From Pseudomonadota bacterium (GTDB taxonomy: Bacteria > UBA10199 > 2-02-FULL-44-16 > DYJF01): 64,000 nucleotides of DNA. The DNA lies in assembly GCA_043823065.1 (NCBI GenBank), contig JBDRBB010000008.1, forward strand, positions 192,001-256,000, written 5' to 3'. The notes beneath the pieces were generated by a model. It did not search any database, was not told the DNA's origin, and saw nothing but the letters and a program-made list of their open reading frames with translations. Below are positions 27,954 to 38,045 of the stretch, piece by piece (the stretch's first letter is position 1; each line of letters begins with the position of its first letter). The position numbers were made by a program, and so were the translations under genes.

Positions 27954-28114
27954 GACTTGCCCCCTTTCATCTTATATAATATAAGATAAAGTGATTAATG
28001 AGCTAATTTTGATTATTTTCACCTCCTAAAAATTAGCTGTGTTTATTAGTTTATATGTTTTATTAACTAGTTATCTTTATTTAGTTTTCAATGAGCCTTG
28101 TTGTATATTAAGGA

Positions 28115-28130
28115 TGCATATTTAGTGCCA
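28115..28130 (-). promoter_or_regulatory. Sigma54 -24/-12 promoter (proximal)
   Basis: Minus strand reads TGGCAC-TAAAT-ATGCA, one mismatch from TGGCAC-N5-TTGCW. Confidence 0.7.
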
Positions 28131-28143
28131 AATATTTCTTGGC

Positions 28144-28156
28144 TAATCATTTGATT
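28144..28156 (-). promoter_or_regulatory. IHF binding site
   Basis: Minus strand AATCAAATGATTA is an exact WATCAANNNNTTR match just upstream of the -24 element. Confidence 0.6.
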
Positions 28157-28203
28157 TGTAATGGTTTTATATAGATGTGGGTTTTGTTTTACCCTTATCT
28201 GAT

Positions 28204-28217
28204 GTCAATAAATTGAC
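28204..28217. promoter_or_regulatory. Palindrome, candidate enhancer-binding-protein site
   Basis: GTCAA-TAAA-TTGAC about 75-90 nt upstream of the proximal -24 box. Confidence 0.5.
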
Positions 28218-28300
28218 TAGATGTCAGAAAAGTAATGTTTTTAAGGAATAACTACAATGCTGGACCTCTATTTAAATTTCTTATGTATAATTTCTAAAAT

Positions 28301-28316
28301 TGCATATTGTGTGCCA
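28301..28316 (-). promoter_or_regulatory. Second sigma54 -24/-12 motif (distal)
   Basis: Minus strand reads TGGCAC-ACAAT-ATGCA, same variant as the proximal site. Confidence 0.5.
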
Positions 28317-28409
28317 GATATTAATCGTGTAATATCCCTTAAACCAAATTTGATTTAGGCAGGGGGTTAATAAAAAACCATTTTTTGGAGATAAATTGAC
28401 TATATTTAT

Positions 28410-29147
28410 ATGATCAGTCAGGAAGCCATTAAACTTAATAATATTAATAAATATTTTGGCGCTTTTCATGTTTTACAAGATATAAGTATGAGTGTGTCTT
28501 TTGGGAGTAGCCTTGGTTTATTAGGTCCTAATGGAGCAGGTAAAAGTACTTTAATCAAGATTATGGTAGGTATTTTACCCCAAACTAGCGGTAACCTGTG
28601 GATCATGAACGAACAGTTTACTGATAAATCTGCCCATAATTGTCAAATAAAGCAAAATATCGGCTATTTACCAGAATTGCCAAGTATTTATCCAGAATTA
28701 AGAGTCAAAGATTTTTTGAAATTTATTACTCATCTTAGAAAAATCAAACCAGCCATAGAAGAAGTAAACAGGGTGGCTAATATGTGTGGTTTGCAAAAAG
28801 TCCTAAAGTCTAAAATTGGCGAGATTTCAAAGGGTTTTAAACAAAGATTAGGTCTGGCCCAAGTATTAATTGGTTCACCCAAAATCTTAATTTTAGATGA
28901 AGTAGCCTCAGGTTTGGATCCACAACAACGTACTCAAATTATTGAGCTTTTACGTAAAGAAGTCAGTAATGGCAAAACCATAATCTTTTCCAGTCACTCT
29001 ATTGAAGATTCTTTGAAAATCTCAGATCGCATTATTCTGTTAAATAATGGACGTATTTCCAAAGAGTTTACTATCAATAAAAATGAGATTGAACAACAAA
29101 GTATTAAAAATGAAATTACCAAAGGTTTTGGTTTAGAGGCATTATGA
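28410..29147 (+). CDS. ABC transporter ATP-binding protein (GldA-like)
   Basis: GPNGAGKST, GYLPE, SKGFKQRLG and ILDE..SGLDP motifs. Confidence 0.9.
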   Translation: MISQEAIKLNNINKYFGAFHVLQDISMSVSFGSSLGLLGPNGAGKSTLIKIMVGILPQTSGNLWIMNEQFTDKSAHNCQIKQNIGYLPELPSIYPELRVKDFLKFITHLRKIKPAIEEVNRVANMCGLQKVLKSKIGEISKGFKQRLGLAQVLIGSPKILILDEVASGLDPQQRTQIIELLRKEVSNGKTIIFSSHSIEDSLKISDRIILLNNGRISKEFTINKNEIEQQSIKNEITKGFGLEAL

Positions 29148-29902
29148 TCTTTAGTATTATAAAAAAAGAAATGAAACTGTATTTTGTCACGCCAATGGCC
29201 ATGATTATTTTCCCTGCTTTTTTGGCTTTAAGTTGCTTTTTTCTTTATAATACACTGATTGATTATCTAAAACTAACTACTAGTCCAGAGATGCATGTTT
29301 CAGGCATTAAGGCTTATGAATATATTTTTTCCAATTTATTTTCTAAAATATATTTTATTTTTTCCTTGGTTATTCCGTTGCTAACCATGCGTTTGGTGGC
29401 TGAAGAAAAAAGAGCCCATACTCACGAACTTATGATGTCTTTGCCTATTTCTCCCCTGCAATATATTTTAGGTAAATATCTGGCTGCGCTTTGTTTTTCC
29501 TATATATTATTATTGTTAACCCTTATTTGTCCTTTAATATTAATGCCTTTTGCCAAAGTAGAATGGGGTTTGTTATTGATTTCTTATTTAGGTCTTTTTT
29601 TATACATACTTTTATATACTGCAGTGGGAACATATTTTTCTACGCTTACCTCTAATCAGTTCATTGCTTGTATTGCTACCATGGGTTTTTCTTTGTCATT
29701 TATGATTTTGGGCTGGTTAGCCTATATCTCTCCAGTTGAGATTGAAAAAATTCTGGCAGCTCTGTTGATATTTAATCATGTAAGCACTTTTTATGATGGC
29801 TATGTTTATTTAGCTGATGTTACTTTGTTTATTAGCGCAACATTCTTATTTCTTTATTTGGCACAAAGGAAGGTGTTAATTGAGTATCCAGTTAATACTT
29901 AG
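29144..29902 (+). CDS. ABC-2 permease (GldF-like)
   Basis: KKE...YF.TP.A, PLLTMRL.AEEKR..T.EL and GKYLA motifs. Confidence 0.85.
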   Translation: MIFSIIKKEMKLYFVTPMAMIIFPAFLALSCFFLYNTLIDYLKLTTSPEMHVSGIKAYEYIFSNLFSKIYFIFSLVIPLLTMRLVAEEKRAHTHELMMSLPISPLQYILGKYLAALCFSYILLLLTLICPLILMPFAKVEWGLLLISYLGLFLYILLYTAVGTYFSTLTSNQFIACIATMGFSLSFMILGWLAYISPVEIEKILAALLIFNHVSTFYDGYVYLADVTLFISATFLFLYLAQRKVLIEYPVNT

Positions 29903-31313
29903 TTTAATTGCTTTAATTTTGACTATCGGGGCAGCTTTTAATAGTGACAGTTTGCGGGTTGCTTTACCTTTATTGGGGGTAGCTGGTGTTTTATTATTAA
30001 CCCCTTTTTTTCTTAAAGAAAACAAACAACAGAAATTTCGGCAACTTATTATAATTTCCAGTTTTTTGTTAATAGCAGCTATAAATTTAATTATTATTCG
30101 AGCAGATGTATTTTTTAATTATAATCCAGATTCCTTGAGATTGGCTGAATTTAAGGCAGAAATAAAGGTTTTAATGCCAAAAGAAGGACTTCAAATCATA
30201 AGTTTTTTAGATAATAAGAAAAAAGCAGAAAACCTACACCAATATTTTCAGGAAATTTCAAAAAATATTTATTATGCAAATTATGATCCTGCTATTTTTC
30301 CTGATCAAGCCAGAAAATATGGTGTTACTCAATATGGAACCGCTGTTGTAGTTTATCAGGGCCGGCAGATTAAGTTGGAACGGCTTGATTTGCGCACAAT
30401 TTTTGCAGCAATCAATCTAGTGTTAGAGAAATATCAGGGCACAGAAGTTTGTTTTTTGACTAGCCAATCAAAATTTGATCCGTATAAGAGCGGATTAGAA
30501 GGTGGTGCTGAGGCAGCGAAATTATTAGATGAAAATGGACTCAGCTGGAGCGCCATTAAATTAACCAGAATTACTAAGGATCGATTGGCAAAATGCAATG
30601 TTCTGATTCTGACCATAGAAAATCCTGTTTTGACTGATGAAGAAAAACAAGCCATTCAGGAATATATCTTAGCAGGTGATCGAGGTTTGTTTCTAATGTT
30701 AGAAGATCAGGCTTTAGAGCCGAGTATCCAATCCTGGCTAGAGAAAATGCTGCCAATGCAAGTTACTTCAATTAAGATAAGGCAGAACAAAGACGCTGCA
30801 ATACCCTTTAGCGCTGGAATAATTTTAGCTGATCAGATGGGTTATCTTGCGCAAAAATCATTGGAACCAATACTTCTTAAAGAGCCTTTTATAATTGAAA
30901 ATAATAATAAAGCAGGGTGGGAAATTGAAGATTTAGCAACTATTGCTGGCGAAACAAGGGAGTTTATTGATCTCAATAAGGGTATAGTTGATTTAGACCA
31001 ACCATATTCTGTTGTGTCTAAATTATTTAAAGGCACAAATGGTGAACGGGCGATTGTGATCGGAGATGCCAAATGGGCTACGGATAGCTATATAAACCGC
31101 GCCGGTAATGCCACATTTTTCTTAAATGGAATTTTATGGCTACTTCAGGAACAGCAAGGAGATAAAAGGGCAGCCTTTGCTAGCTATGTTCCGCCTGCTT
31201 CAGAAATAGTTGATATTTCAGATGAGGAACTGATTTGGCTTAAGAGAGTTTTTGTGTTTATCCTACCTGGCTTTTTATTTGCCATTCTTTTTATTGTTTG
31301 GCGTAGATTATAA
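29880..31313 (+). CDS. GldG-like ABC transporter auxiliary component
   Basis: N-terminal TMs; DP...P..A.KYGV.QYGT.VV, R.IVIGD..W and GN..FFLN.I.WL motifs; C-terminal TM ending WRRL. Confidence 0.72.
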   Translation: MSIQLILSLIALILTIGAAFNSDSLRVALPLLGVAGVLLLTPFFLKENKQQKFRQLIIISSFLLIAAINLIIIRADVFFNYNPDSLRLAEFKAEIKVLMPKEGLQIISFLDNKKKAENLHQYFQEISKNIYYANYDPAIFPDQARKYGVTQYGTAVVVYQGRQIKLERLDLRTIFAAINLVLEKYQGTEVCFLTSQSKFDPYKSGLEGGAEAAKLLDENGLSWSAIKLTRITKDRLAKCNVLILTIENPVLTDEEKQAIQEYILAGDRGLFLMLEDQALEPSIQSWLEKMLPMQVTSIKIRQNKDAAIPFSAGIILADQMGYLAQKSLEPILLKEPFIIENNNKAGWEIEDLATIAGETREFIDLNKGIVDLDQPYSVVSKLFKGTNGERAIVIGDAKWATDSYINRAGNATFFLNGILWLLQEQQGDKRAAFASYVPPASEIVDISDEELIWLKRVFVFILPGFLFAILFIVWRRL

Positions 31314-31319
31314 TCAATT

Positions 31320-32234
31320 ATGAAAAAGGCTCTAGTTTTTTTTCTGATCGCTCTTGGAATCTTTCTCCTTTCTTTTCGTTTGGATTGGGAAAAAGTTAAA
31401 CGTGTTTTTTTCGAAAATCCTTTGCTTGCGGAAAATATGGATAAATTTTCTAGTCTTAAGATAGATAATCAAAATGGAAAAAATTTTTTTGAAAAAGATT
31501 CCCAGAATAATTGGTTAATGAATAATCTGTGGTATGCTGATAAACGGATCATTTATAAATTAAGAAAATTTTTATATGATACAAAAATTGAGAAGCAGAT
31601 ACCGTATAAAGATAGCCAGGATTTGATTAAATTTGGTTTAGATAAGCCATGGGTTACCTTGAAATTTACCCGTGAAGATAAAACATATACCTTAAATTTT
31701 GGAGATAGATCGCCTGTGGGGGTGAACTTCTATGCCTTGGCTTCTTGGTATCCAGGAAATGTTTTGCTGCTTAATTTTACCAGATTATTTGACATGTTAA
31801 GTGAAGATAGTTTTCAATGGCAAGACCACCGGTTATTATATGAAATTCCTGATGCCAAAAAGGCGGTAATAAAGTTAGTGGATTATGATGAAGAAATAAT
31901 TGTAGATTTTGCCAATAAGGAAATTTGGTGTAAGCATGATCAGGAAACCGATAAATTATCAGTTTCCATGCCAGAATTTTTGAAAATCATAGATAGGCTG
32001 AAATATAGTTATCAAGAATTTGGCATGCCTGCGGAGTTTAATTTAAATTATCCTGAAATGACTATTAACTTATTTGATGTGGATGGGAAAATGTTGCGTA
32101 ATGTTAAAATATCTAGTTTAAATAGAAAGAATTACTGTTTTATATCTGATGGGATATACAAAGGAAAAATATTTATCATGGAACAGGTTAAGGCAAATGT
32201 GACTGCTATATTACATCAGGTTTGTCAAAAATGA
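31320..32234 (+). CDS. DUF4340-like periplasmic protein
   Basis: N-terminal anchor; L.KFGLD.P and L.FGD.SP motifs; follows the GldG-like gene. Confidence 0.6.
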   Translation: MKKALVFFLIALGIFLLSFRLDWEKVKRVFFENPLLAENMDKFSSLKIDNQNGKNFFEKDSQNNWLMNNLWYADKRIIYKLRKFLYDTKIEKQIPYKDSQDLIKFGLDKPWVTLKFTREDKTYTLNFGDRSPVGVNFYALASWYPGNVLLLNFTRLFDMLSEDSFQWQDHRLLYEIPDAKKAVIKLVDYDEEIIVDFANKEIWCKHDQETDKLSVSMPEFLKIIDRLKYSYQEFGMPAEFNLNYPEMTINLFDVDGKMLRNVKISSLNRKNYCFISDGIYKGKIFIMEQVKANVTAILHQVCQK

Positions 32235-32237
32235 ATG

Positions 32238-34871
32238 CTACCAAGTAAATCCCCCACCAACATTATAGGTCCAGTCATTTTTAGGTTGACCAGCATAATA
32301 AGCCCCGGAAAAGGCAAATATTGACAGAAAAGAATTATGTAAAGATAATCTAAGTTCTCCCCCACCGCTCCAAGACCAATGTTTATCAAAATTTCGCATA
32401 CTGCTCACAATGATATCACTTAAAGGTACAAGTTTAATATCCCACCAAAGAAAACCTAAATTTGGCTGATTAAGATCTGACCATATTGCGCCCGGTACTG
32501 GAGGCGGGGTGTTTTTGTAAATGGTAATAGGAAATTCAAAATTAAATACGCCAAGATGAGGTTCGTAAAAGCTTGTTTTAGAAAAACCACGTAGGGTGAG
32601 CGGGCGTTGCCTATAAATTGGCCATAATTGACCACCAGCAATCTGCCATAACAAGCCTTGATTATCCTTAAATGTGCTTTGTCCATGCGCGCCTAATTTC
32701 AGCCCAATAATAGGAAATTTTTTTTCAAAAACAATGTCCCAATTAATAGTATGGAAAATCTTAGTTTCGTCTGAGGTTAAAAAGACTAAGGAATAAGTTA
32801 CCTGGCTATTAAGTAGATTTGCTACTGTATATTGTAATTTAAGAGTTGGTCCAAGTAAGTTATGTCTTTGAGTCGAGATATTATCAGAAGTTATGGTCAA
32901 ATATTTAATGCCTAAGCCCAAATCAAAGGTATTTACTAGGTTAAAGTTATGCGCAAATTCCATGGTGCCAGTATCTCGCCAGCCCAAACCAGTTAAAAGA
33001 GGTTCTACTTGGCGGTTGCCGATTAAGAGAAGATCATACAAGTCTAGGTTTATATCAAATTCAACATCTTTAGCTGAAATATCGTAACCTGCTGTGACTG
33101 CAATACTACTGGAGTTGTCATATTTATTTGCATCAAATGTTAATCCAGCTAAAAACCCTTTTGTTTCTGACCAAATAAAAGGAGATAGTTTAAATGACCA
33201 AACTTGTCGAGATGGCTCTTCACTGGATTCAAAGGTTAATTCAGATGAAGGTAACGGCGTTGTTGAATAATCATAAATTTGAGTATTTTGTTCATCATAA
33301 ATGTGAGACCTGATTGGCTGAGAGATATCTAAGGTTAGAATGAAAGAACCCTTTTTATTGAGCGCAGCTATTTTTAACTGATTACTGTTGCAGCTGGCAA
33401 TTGAAGTAAGGGGGAGCTCAGTTTCAAATAGGACGTGGTATTGCTTGCTGATCAGATCTAAATGATAGACCGCATATATATTTCCCTTTTTTACCAGAAA
33501 TATAATTCCTTTATTATCAAAAGTCCATTTGGGAGAATAAGTGTCAGAGGCTGTTTTTAAAACAGGGGCTGAGCTGTCATTAATCATGTCCCATAATAAA
33601 GCAGTACGCTTTGTGTTTTTATAATTCGCAACAGTTAGCAAAATTTGTTCATTTAAGGAAACCTTGGAAAAAGTTAAAATATCTGTCATTGGGAAGTTTG
33701 AACTTTTATATTTTAACCATAATTGCTTGGGGCCAGTCATTTCTAGCTTATAGATTTCATTTGATGTTAAAACCGCCAATACGTTTGAAAATGAGCTATA
33801 GCTAATATCTCTAATTTGAATTTGCTCATCAGATATGTTGGTCAGGGAAATTTCAACTTTCTTCTTTTGTTTATCTTGCAAAAAAGCCTTGTCTTGTTTT
33901 CTTGTTTTTTTGATAAAAGCCTGATCGATATTATCTATTTGATAGTTTGTTATTAAATTTCTAGACAATTTTTTTATTGTTCTTTGGGCTTGTTTTTCAA
34001 TTATTTGAATTGATCTAATTTGAGGTTCAGGTGATTTTTTTACAGCTTGAAGGTTGGTAATGTTTTCAAATACATTTATTTCATTTGGCCAATAATTTTT
34101 AATAAAAAAACTATTATCAGAAAAACCACCATTATTTTGCTTGTTTTTGCAGCTTGTTTTAAATTGTCGCCAGGTTGAACCCAAATTATTTAGAAAAGAT
34201 TGGCTTTCTTTGTTGATATATTTTTTATCAAAAAGATATTTAATGTATGCCAGCACGGCTTTTGGATTTTTTTGGTATTGCTCTTTTAGAAAGAGATAAT
34301 AGAGATTGGATAAGTTTTGTGCAGAACAAGCTGTTTGTTTAATGATGGTGTCATCAGGATATATCTCTTGGCTAAGTATCTCTTGTACTAGCAAGGAAAC
34401 GCCTGCAATAAAAGCGTCATCTTGTTCTAAGTGTTCGTGTGTTTTGGTTTGACCAGCTTGCAAACCAAACCAGCGGGAATGAATGTTTTTGTAAACAAGG
34501 TGTTTGCTAAGCAGATAATAGGCTAAATTATTGCGATAGCCAGGCAAGCCGTAAATTCTTTCCACAGGATAGTAATAGTCAGCATAACAAATGACATTGG
34601 CTAGCATAGGGTTGCTAGCCTTGTTAGCACACTTTTTTGCGGGAATAACTGAAATGCTTTCTAATGGTAATTTTAGTTCAAAATAACTGGCTAATTTCAA
34701 TAAGGCCTGATTAAAATTTGCAGTAATAATTTTTTCTTCTTTTTGGCTGAGATTAAATCCTTTGGTCACAATAAAGTTAACATTTTTTTTAGGTTCATCA
34801 CCAAAAACAGTGAATGAATAAAAAATGTAGCCTAACATATAAAAACATATTAAAAAACGCTTTAGGACCAT
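32238..34871 (-). CDS. Outer membrane protein with a TolB-like propeller region and an Omp85-like C-terminal barrel
   Basis: Signal peptide; YSPKWTFDNKGIIF (PD40-like); LRGF motif; amphipathic strands ending YNVGGGFTW. Confidence 0.5.
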   Translation of the reverse strand: MVLKRFLICFYMLGYIFYSFTVFGDEPKKNVNFIVTKGFNLSQKEEKIITANFNQALLKLASYFELKLPLESISVIPAKKCANKASNPMLANVICYADYYYPVERIYGLPGYRNNLAYYLLSKHLVYKNIHSRWFGLQAGQTKTHEHLEQDDAFIAGVSLLVQEILSQEIYPDDTIIKQTACSAQNLSNLYYLFLKEQYQKNPKAVLAYIKYLFDKKYINKESQSFLNNLGSTWRQFKTSCKNKQNNGGFSDNSFFIKNYWPNEINVFENITNLQAVKKSPEPQIRSIQIIEKQAQRTIKKLSRNLITNYQIDNIDQAFIKKTRKQDKAFLQDKQKKKVEISLTNISDEQIQIRDISYSSFSNVLAVLTSNEIYKLEMTGPKQLWLKYKSSNFPMTDILTFSKVSLNEQILLTVANYKNTKRTALLWDMINDSSAPVLKTASDTYSPKWTFDNKGIIFLVKKGNIYAVYHLDLISKQYHVLFETELPLTSIASCNSNQLKIAALNKKGSFILTLDISQPIRSHIYDEQNTQIYDYSTTPLPSSELTFESSEEPSRQVWSFKLSPFIWSETKGFLAGLTFDANKYDNSSSIAVTAGYDISAKDVEFDINLDLYDLLLIGNRQVEPLLTGLGWRDTGTMEFAHNFNLVNTFDLGLGIKYLTITSDNISTQRHNLLGPTLKLQYTVANLLNSQVTYSLVFLTSDETKIFHTINWDIVFEKKFPIIGLKLGAHGQSTFKDNQGLLWQIAGGQLWPIYRQRPLTLRGFSKTSFYEPHLGVFNFEFPITIYKNTPPPVPGAIWSDLNQPNLGFLWWDIKLVPLSDIIVSSMRNFDKHWSWSGGGELRLSLHNSFLSIFAFSGAYYAGQPKNDWTYNVGGGFTW

Positions 34872-36466
34872 TAGTTGTTGTTATTATCTTTTTCTTCTAT
34901 TTTTTTAAGTAATTTTGGGTCAAGTTCTTTTTGTTCAAATTTGGCAATTAATGGTTTGAATTTTGGAATATCTTTAAGCAAAACCAAACCATATTCATCA
35001 GAATATACCAATTTCCACTCTGGTTGATTTAGTAAATATGAAGCAAGAGGTTTTTTCTTTTTAATATCTCCAACCGTAAAAATTATATAATCAATATCAT
35101 ATTTTTCTTTAAGTTTTTCAAAGACCGGGATTGCCTCTAAATATTTGGAAAAAACCACTAAATAATCTTGAAAAAGTTCAACTCCGTAAACATGGGTGCG
35201 TCCATCCATAAATATCTTTTCTTTAGGCCAACGCCTAAAAGATAGATAAGCGCCTAAAGGATAATTATGAAAGGGATGCCCATGTATATCATTTTCTTCA
35301 AGAAAATTCACCAATTCTTTAGGGGCTACGCCCCCACTTGCCTGCAAAGGATAGAATTTATCTTTTGTATCATAGCTTAATTTGAAAATAGTAAGCCAGG
35401 TTAAAAATAGCATAAAATATAAAAGCGATTTTTCATGCTTTATCTTAAAGTCTTTTAAATTATAGATTGTTATATAACAACCTAAAATAGCCAAATAAGG
35501 TGCAAAACGCACAGCTTTCCAATTTAAATAAAAAACAGCTAAAATACCTAGGGCATGTGATAGGCGGAAATGTTGACGATTACCAAAAAAACCAAATCCA
35601 ATAATAATAAGCGCTAAAGGTAAAAAATAGATATCTAGAAAAAATTTGGCGTGTTCAGAAAGCACAGGAACCCATTCTGATATATAACCTGTAAACTGAC
35701 GCAGTTCACCAAAAGTGCTTTGATAAGTATAAATGTAAGCTTCAAGTCCAAAAGGGTTAATTAAGCCGCCTAAAAAACATAATGCTATAACAATAGTGGT
35801 ATGAATTAAGAATTTTTTTGAAACAGAATCTTGTCTTTTGCTAAGAAAATCAATTAATTCCCCAAGCCAAAATAAGAATAAGACAACAAGGGATATTTTA
35901 GCTGCTCCATGCAGATTGAACCATAAAACATAAAGAGGAATAAGGTAATATAAGTATTTATAATTGTTTGTTTTTTGGCTTTTGGCCCAAATATAAATGA
36001 AAAAAGCAAAAAAGAAAAAAGACATGAGATGAGGGCGAGGTGTAAAACGGCTAGAACATACTAATAAAACCAAAGGAATTACTAGAATTGAATAAATGAT
36101 TTTTGAAGTATATAAACGAACAATTAATAATAAAGCAATTTCAAGTAATAAAATAAATGTTACTTGATATATAATTAAGCCGGCTGTTTCGCCAAAAATA
36201 TGGTAATAAAGATAGATAATCGATGCAGATAACCATTCCAAATTCACCCAGTATGTTCCACTGGCAGTGTAGGAGAGAAGCTCGTGTTTAGCAAAACTGA
36301 GATTAGTAAATATTATTTCACCTAATTTAATAAGCCAATATGTGTCAAAGCTTGGATTGCGATGGATGCCAAAAATACAAGCTGTAATCACAAGGTATAA
36401 AAATAATATTAGATATTGGGCCTTGGAAAGTTTTTGTATATCTTGATTTAAATTGTAATGACTCAT
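34871..36466 (-). CDS. Polytopic membrane protein, GT-C-like
   Basis: D.YW..K.G, SYTA.G..WVN.EWL, R...RP, W.NLHG and F.DGR motifs; paralog of the divergent neighbour. Confidence 0.6.
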   Translation of the reverse strand: MSHYNLNQDIQKLSKAQYLILFLYLVITACIFGIHRNPSFDTYWLIKLGEIIFTNLSFAKHELLSYTASGTYWVNLEWLSASIIYLYYHIFGETAGLIIYQVTFILLLEIALLLIVRLYTSKIIYSILVIPLVLLVCSSRFTPRPHLMSFFFFAFFIYIWAKSQKTNNYKYLYYLIPLYVLWFNLHGAAKISLVVLFLFWLGELIDFLSKRQDSVSKKFLIHTTIVIALCFLGGLINPFGLEAYIYTYQSTFGELRQFTGYISEWVPVLSEHAKFFLDIYFLPLALIIIGFGFFGNRQHFRLSHALGILAVFYLNWKAVRFAPYLAILGCYITIYNLKDFKIKHEKSLLYFMLFLTWLTIFKLSYDTKDKFYPLQASGGVAPKELVNFLEENDIHGHPFHNYPLGAYLSFRRWPKEKIFMDGRTHVYGVELFQDYLVVFSKYLEAIPVFEKLKEKYDIDYIIFTVGDIKKKKPLASYLLNQPEWKLVYSDEYGLVLLKDIPKFKPLIAKFEQKELDPKLLKKIEEKDNNNN

Positions 36467-36493
36467 GAATCTCTTTATTATAATAAAAGCATT

Positions 36494-38017
36494 ATGAATA
36501 CCAAGTTAAATTTTATTAAATCTAGCTTGTTTTGGATACTTATAGCTGCTGCCTTAGCATTTCTCTATGGCTGGATACCGGTGGTTTCTTATGATATGGC
36601 TTCGCGCGCTCTTTTGGGCGGAACTATATTGGCAGATTGGTCAAATATGCAATATGACCATTTTACCTATACTGCTGCAGGAACTTATTACGTTAATAGT
36701 GAATGGTTGTGTGATGTAATTATTTATTTATTGGAGAAGGTTGTGGGGCAGGCTGGATATCTTTTATTTAGAGTGATAAACATTTTTTTCTTTGGTTTGT
36801 CTTTGATTTTAATAATCAGGCTTTATACTAAGAATGTTATTTATATTATTTTTGCTGTTTTAATGGTTTTTTCAGTCTCTGCTGACCGCTTTGCCCAGGT
36901 GGGACCGGCCCTGGTTACTTATGCCTTATTTGGTTATTATCTCTATTTTTGGGAGGTAGCTAGACTAAGGAACAACTCAAAATTTTTATATGCCATTGTT
37001 CCCATTCATTGGTTTTGGTTTAATTGTCATGGCGGAGCATTATTAGGGTTAGGTGTAATTGGAGCCATGGCTGTAGGAGAAGTTTTAGGCAGTGTTTTTA
37101 AATTACAACAAGATTTTAATAAGAAGTTAGTTATAAATACTTTTATAGTTATTGGGCTATGTTTGTTGGTGGCTTTAATTAATCCCTATGGCCTAAATTC
37201 CTATTATTATTCGTTTGAAATGGTTTTTGGAGATATGGGTTCTGTAGTAAGAGAAGTTTTAATAGAATGGCATCCGGTTATTAGCGATTATGCCAAAAGC
37301 TATACTATGGTCCTGTTTTTACCCTTGGTTTTATTTGGGCTGGCTTTTAGCTTTATTAAAGCAGCGCATTATTTTCGTTTAGCTCATATTTTTGGGCTGA
37401 TTCCAACTTTGTATTTGGGTTTTACAGGAATTAGGGAGATTCCAGAGTTGGCAACCATAAGTGTATTAGTAATGAGCTATAATTTTTTTTCAAATAAACA
37501 AGAATTGGGAATAAACAAAAAAAGAGTTTTGAGTGGCTTGATTTTAGTTTTAAGTATTTTTTTAATAGGTTATGCGGTATTAGGATATCGAGCTAAGTAT
37601 GCTAAATGGGATGTTTTTACAATTGTAGAAACAGATTTTGAACCAAAAGAAGCAGTAGATTTTTTGGACAAAAATAATATTCATGGCAAAGGATTTAATG
37701 GTTTCTATACCGGTCCATATTTAGAAGTTAGGCGTTGGCCTAAAGACCAAGTATTTGTAGATGGCAGACTGCATCTTTTTGATAAAGCTTTCCATAAACA
37801 ATACTTTAACTTATATAAAACTCAATATCCAGGTGAGGTTTTTGATAAATTTGATCAAAAGTGGAATTTTGATTACGTGATCTTATCTAAACGAGATGTA
37901 AAGATGAATCCATATCTTTTAGAATACTTTAAAGCTTCTTCAGGTTGGAACCAGGTTTTTGAAGATGCCAAGGGTTGGGTGTTTTTGAAGAATCCAAAAT
38001 TCCTTTCAATTGACTAA
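36494..38017 (+). CDS. Polytopic membrane protein, GT-C-like
   Basis: TYTAAGTYYVNSEWL, WFNCHGG, INPYG, EW.PV and RRWPK..F.DGR shared with 34871; ATG 36494 avoids overlap with the neighbour. Confidence 0.6.
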   Translation: MNTKLNFIKSSLFWILIAAALAFLYGWIPVVSYDMASRALLGGTILADWSNMQYDHFTYTAAGTYYVNSEWLCDVIIYLLEKVVGQAGYLLFRVINIFFFGLSLILIIRLYTKNVIYIIFAVLMVFSVSADRFAQVGPALVTYALFGYYLYFWEVARLRNNSKFLYAIVPIHWFWFNCHGGALLGLGVIGAMAVGEVLGSVFKLQQDFNKKLVINTFIVIGLCLLVALINPYGLNSYYYSFEMVFGDMGSVVREVLIEWHPVISDYAKSYTMVLFLPLVLFGLAFSFIKAAHYFRLAHIFGLIPTLYLGFTGIREIPELATISVLVMSYNFFSNKQELGINKKRVLSGLILVLSIFLIGYAVLGYRAKYAKWDVFTIVETDFEPKEAVDFLDKNNIHGKGFNGFYTGPYLEVRRWPKDQVFVDGRLHLFDKAFHKQYFNLYKTQYPGEVFDKFDQKWNFDYVILSKRDVKMNPYLLEYFKASSGWNQVFEDAKGWVFLKNPKFLSID

Positions 38018-38045
38018 CTAAGCTACTTAAGTTAAAAAGTTATCT

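Noticed and set aside
27972..28027. Strong AGGAGGT and a 16-codon upstream ORF before the secreted protein
   Set aside because: The GTG overlaps the Shine-Dalgarno itself and the peptide has no recognisable features; not supportable as a leader peptide
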